DNA of 64,000 nt, taken from NCBI GenBank assembly GCA_025061835.1, contig JANXAC010000006.1, positions 33,181 to 97,180 on the forward strand, written 5' to 3'. The stretch comes from Spirochaetota bacterium. GTDB lineage: Bacteria; Spirochaetota; Brevinematia; DTOW01. Shown one piece after another: positions 61,121-64,000 of the stretch. The number at the start of each line of letters is the position of its first letter. Positions within the stretch are counted from its first letter, which is position 1. Below the pieces are notes generated by a model. That model saw only the letters and a list, made by a program, of their open reading frames with translations, did not search any database and was not told the DNA's origin. A program made the translations under genes and the position numbers.

Positions 61121-62476
61121 ATGATGAGGTCGCTTTATTCTGGTGTATCAGGCTTGATTAACCATCAGGTTAGGATGGATGTTCTTGGTAATAACATTTC
61201 TAATGTGAATACTTATGGTTTTAAGAGGGAGAGAGTAACTTTTCAGGACATCATTTCACAACTTATGGAAGCGGCAGCCAAGCCTACTGATGAAAGGGGG
61301 GGTATAAATTCAAAGCAAATAGGACTTGGTATGACTGTTGCCAGCATTGATAAGATTATGACACAGGGTAGTATTCAGACTACTGGTATAAACACTGACC
61401 TAGCAATTGCTGGTGAAGGGTTCTTCGTTTTAAAGAAGGGGGAACAGCTTTTCTACTCAAGAGCTGGTAATTTTTACATAGACAAGGATGGAACACTTGT
61501 CAATTCAAGCGGTTTCAAAGTTCAAGGCTGGAGAGCACAAAAACTTGAGACAGGAGAGATAATTATAAACCCATCAGGTCAGATTGAAGACCTTGTGATA
61601 CCCAGGGGAGCGAAGAGCCCCGCAGCAGCAACTACGATAGTAAAGTATAGATCTAACCTTGAGAGTAGAACACCAATTATAACTCCAGAGTCAAGTCTCC
61701 TTGACAGGGAGAAATACACTCATAAAACAAGTGTTGATGTTTTTGACTCATACGGCAATAGATATAGAATGTTTATAGACTTCATAAGAACTGACTTAAA
61801 TACATGGGTTGCTACGGTGAATGTGGAAGGTGCCAGTGGTGTAACAGTTAGCGTCGGCGAAGATAAAGCTGATAACAACAATCAATTTACTATTGTGTTT
61901 GACAACAAGGGAACTCTGGCAAGTGTTTCTGATAATAGCGTCAACCCTACAGTTATGAACACAGGAACATTAATGGCTAATGTCGGATTTACGTTACCAG
62001 ATGGGACAAGACAAACAATTAAGGTAGAACTTGGTGTTGTTGGAAGCATTGAAAACAGTATAACTCAATTTTCATCTCCATCAACCGCATCTGTATATGA
62101 TCAAGATGGACACGCTATGGGATACCTTGAGAGTTTCAAAATTGATAGTTCTGGAACGATAATAGGCGTCTTTACGAATGGACTTCAAGAACCCTTGGGA
62201 CAGATAGCACTAGGTGGTTTTACAAATCCTCAAGGTTTGGAGAAAGTAGGAGAGAATCTATATATTGAGACGATGAACTCAGGACTTGCAGACATAGGTC
62301 CTGCTGAACTTAAGGGTAAGGGGAAGATATACTCTGGAGCACTTGAAATGTCAAATGTTGACCTTTCAGATGCTTTCGTTGATATGATTGTAACACAGAG
62401 AGGTTTTCAAGCAAACTCAAGAACAATAACAACAACAGACCAGATGCTACAAGAAGTTCTTAACCTAAAGAGATAA
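61121..62476 (+). CDS. flgE: flagellar hook protein FlgE
   Basis: MMRSLYSGVSGL, GNNISNVNT.GFK, DLAI.GEGFF and LEMSNVDL...QRGFQANS motifs. Confidence 0.96.
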   Translation: MMRSLYSGVSGLINHQVRMDVLGNNISNVNTYGFKRERVTFQDIISQLMEAAAKPTDERGGINSKQIGLGMTVASIDKIMTQGSIQTTGINTDLAIAGEGFFVLKKGEQLFYSRAGNFYIDKDGTLVNSSGFKVQGWRAQKLETGEIIINPSGQIEDLVIPRGAKSPAAATTIVKYRSNLESRTPIITPESSLLDREKYTHKTSVDVFDSYGNRYRMFIDFIRTDLNTWVATVNVEGASGVTVSVGEDKADNNNQFTIVFDNKGTLASVSDNSVNPTVMNTGTLMANVGFTLPDGTRQTIKVELGVVGSIENSITQFSSPSTASVYDQDGHAMGYLESFKIDSSGTIIGVFTNGLQEPLGQIALGGFTNPQGLEKVGENLYIETMNSGLADIGPAELKGKGKIYSGALEMSNVDLSDAFVDMIVTQRGFQANSRTITTTDQMLQEVLNLKR

Positions 62477-62500
62477 TTAGGTATCGCACCACCTATTTTT

Positions 62501-62525
62501 GAGGGAGCTCTTAATGAGCTTCCTC
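62501..62525. terminator. hairpin between convergent flgE and HD-GYP genes
   Basis: GAGGGAGCTC-TTAAT-GAGCTTCCTC. Confidence 0.65.
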
Positions 62526-62531
62526 TTATCA

Positions 62532-63677
62532 TTACATAAGTAGTATCTTAAGCCTATCAATTTCATCAACTTCTGTTATCACTTTTACTATATATCGGTG
62601 AGGGTCTAACTGTAAGTTTACCTTCATTTTTCCAACGACTTTACCCAATGAGTTTTCCACTATTACGATAGTAGGTTTTATGCTATACTCTGAATCTTTC
62701 TGAATTATTACTCCTTTCTCACCAGTGTTTAGAAGGACAAAAGACCCTATAGCATATGGTGAAGGCAATCCATATAGTTTTGACATTTCTATTACAAATC
62801 TTTGAGTCAGCATAGGCTCAAAGTGCGATCCTGAACGCCTCATTATAATATCAAGTGCTTGTGCTATACTTATACCAGGTTTGTATGGTCTTTCCGATGT
62901 GAGTGCGTCAAAGACATCTGCAAGACTTACAATCTGTGGATACCTACCAATTCTATCAAACTTTATACCTAGTGGATACCCATTGCCATCGTATCTCTCA
63001 TGGTGGAAAAGGACGATCTTTTTAGCGTAAGTGCTTACAGTAGGTTCATCTTTTATAGCAAAATAACCTATTATTGGATGCTTCTTCATTATCGTTAACT
63101 CTTCCTCAGTAAGCTCTCCAGGTTTGTAGAGTATGGTTGTAGGTATCTTCACTTTTCCTATATCATGTAGTATAGCACCCATACCTATCTCTTTTATCAC
63201 AAAATCGCTAGCACCGAGAAACTTTGCAAAGAACATTGATAGGATAGTCACATTTATTGAATGAGTATAGGTGTATTCATCATAGTTTTTAACTACAGAC
63301 AGATTTATTACTGCCTTACCAAGTTTGTGTATCATTTCCTTAAAAAGCTGTTCTATGATATCTTTAACCTCTTGGATCTCTATCTTTTTGTCATCTCTAA
63401 GTTGACGTATAACATTGTTTATAACCTCTTTAGCATTCTCCTTTACCTCATCAGAAAACATTGGTGGATAAATTTCAGAGAGATCCTTTTTAACTTCTTT
63501 AGTGTAGTATAGTTCCTTGATCCCAAGACTCTTTAGTTGGTTTATAAAATCTTGAGTTAGTGGCTTTTTGGCAGACCATAGAAAAACACCTTCTTTTGAA
63601 AATAAGTCACCAGACAATACCATTCCAGGTCTTAAGAAGTCAACAACTATGTCGTGTTTTAACTTACCATCATCCAT
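62532..63677 (-). CDS. HD-GYP c-di-GMP phosphodiesterase
   Basis: YTYTHSINV, LHDIGK, HHERYDGNGYP and ADVFDALTSERPYK motifs. Confidence 0.93.
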   Translation of the reverse strand: MDDGKLKHDIVVDFLRPGMVLSGDLFSKEGVFLWSAKKPLTQDFINQLKSLGIKELYYTKEVKKDLSEIYPPMFSDEVKENAKEVINNVIRQLRDDKKIEIQEVKDIIEQLFKEMIHKLGKAVINLSVVKNYDEYTYTHSINVTILSMFFAKFLGASDFVIKEIGMGAILHDIGKVKIPTTILYKPGELTEEELTIMKKHPIIGYFAIKDEPTVSTYAKKIVLFHHERYDGNGYPLGIKFDRIGRYPQIVSLADVFDALTSERPYKPGISIAQALDIIMRRSGSHFEPMLTQRFVIEMSKLYGLPSPYAIGSFVLLNTGEKGVIIQKDSEYSIKPTIVIVENSLGKVVGKMKVNLQLDPHRYIVKVITEVDEIDRLKILLM

Positions 63678-63737
63678 AAACTCATTAATTAAATTATAGT
63701 AATACCTATGTCGTATTTCAATATTTATCAAACTCTC

Positions 63738-63789
63738 TCAATAAAGTCTAAAATTTTTTGAGAGATGATTCATAAAATAGCTTAAGGTT
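63738..63789 (+). repeat. 52-bp dispersed repeat, copy 2 (putative IS end)
   Basis: 50/52 identical to 29191-29242. Confidence 0.9.
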
Positions 63790-64000
63790 GAGGAAGATAA
63801 TAGAAGATCAGAAGAGAATATACTCAAAAGAATTGACCCTCATAAGATGAAAAACCTACTCACACTATCCTCAAAGGCGATACTCTCCTTCTTAAGTTCC
63901 TTTGGTATAACTCCTCAAAGAGGCAGGATAGACGGAACTGTGATGGGTAAGATGTATATAACATGCTGTTCTACTAACCTTGGCGGGTATGAGATAATCC
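63781..64000 (+). mobile_element. probable DDE transposase fragment (runs off the window end)
   Basis: Open frame LKVEEDNRRSEENILKRIDPHKMKNLLTLSSKAILSFLSSFGITPQRGRIDGTVMGKMYITCC...; L.RIDP and IDGT resemble the first-Asp region of IS4/ISAs1-like transposases. Confidence 0.5.

Overview
AT-rich bacterial chromosome segment made mostly of housekeeping genes in a heavily scrambled order. The gene content suggests a spirochaete, possibly a thermophilic Brevinematales-like lineage (inference from the V/A-type ATPase, FapA, Maf, NtrC/Rrp2-like regulator and spirochaete-type hypothetical proteins). It holds about 55 CDS and one tRNA-Asp, with no rRNA, CRISPR array or prophage. Most unusual signals: (1) a sugar ABC permease whose periplasmic loop carries a ~224-aa insert resembling the phage baseplate-J beta-barrel, apparently nested twice; (2) a GH13 amylase lipoprotein that appears circularly permuted; (3) strong directional Thr-Asn enrichment in several exported proteins; (4) a transhydrogenase with rearranged proton-channel residues; (5) an orphan rplD; (6) an archaeal-type PEP carboxylase; (7) features missed by the ORF track: a 52-bp repeat marking two IS relics, a DNA-methyltransferase pseudogene, Pho-box-like arrays and several leaderless-type promoters. 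All family calls come from motif recognition by eye; no database searches were run.
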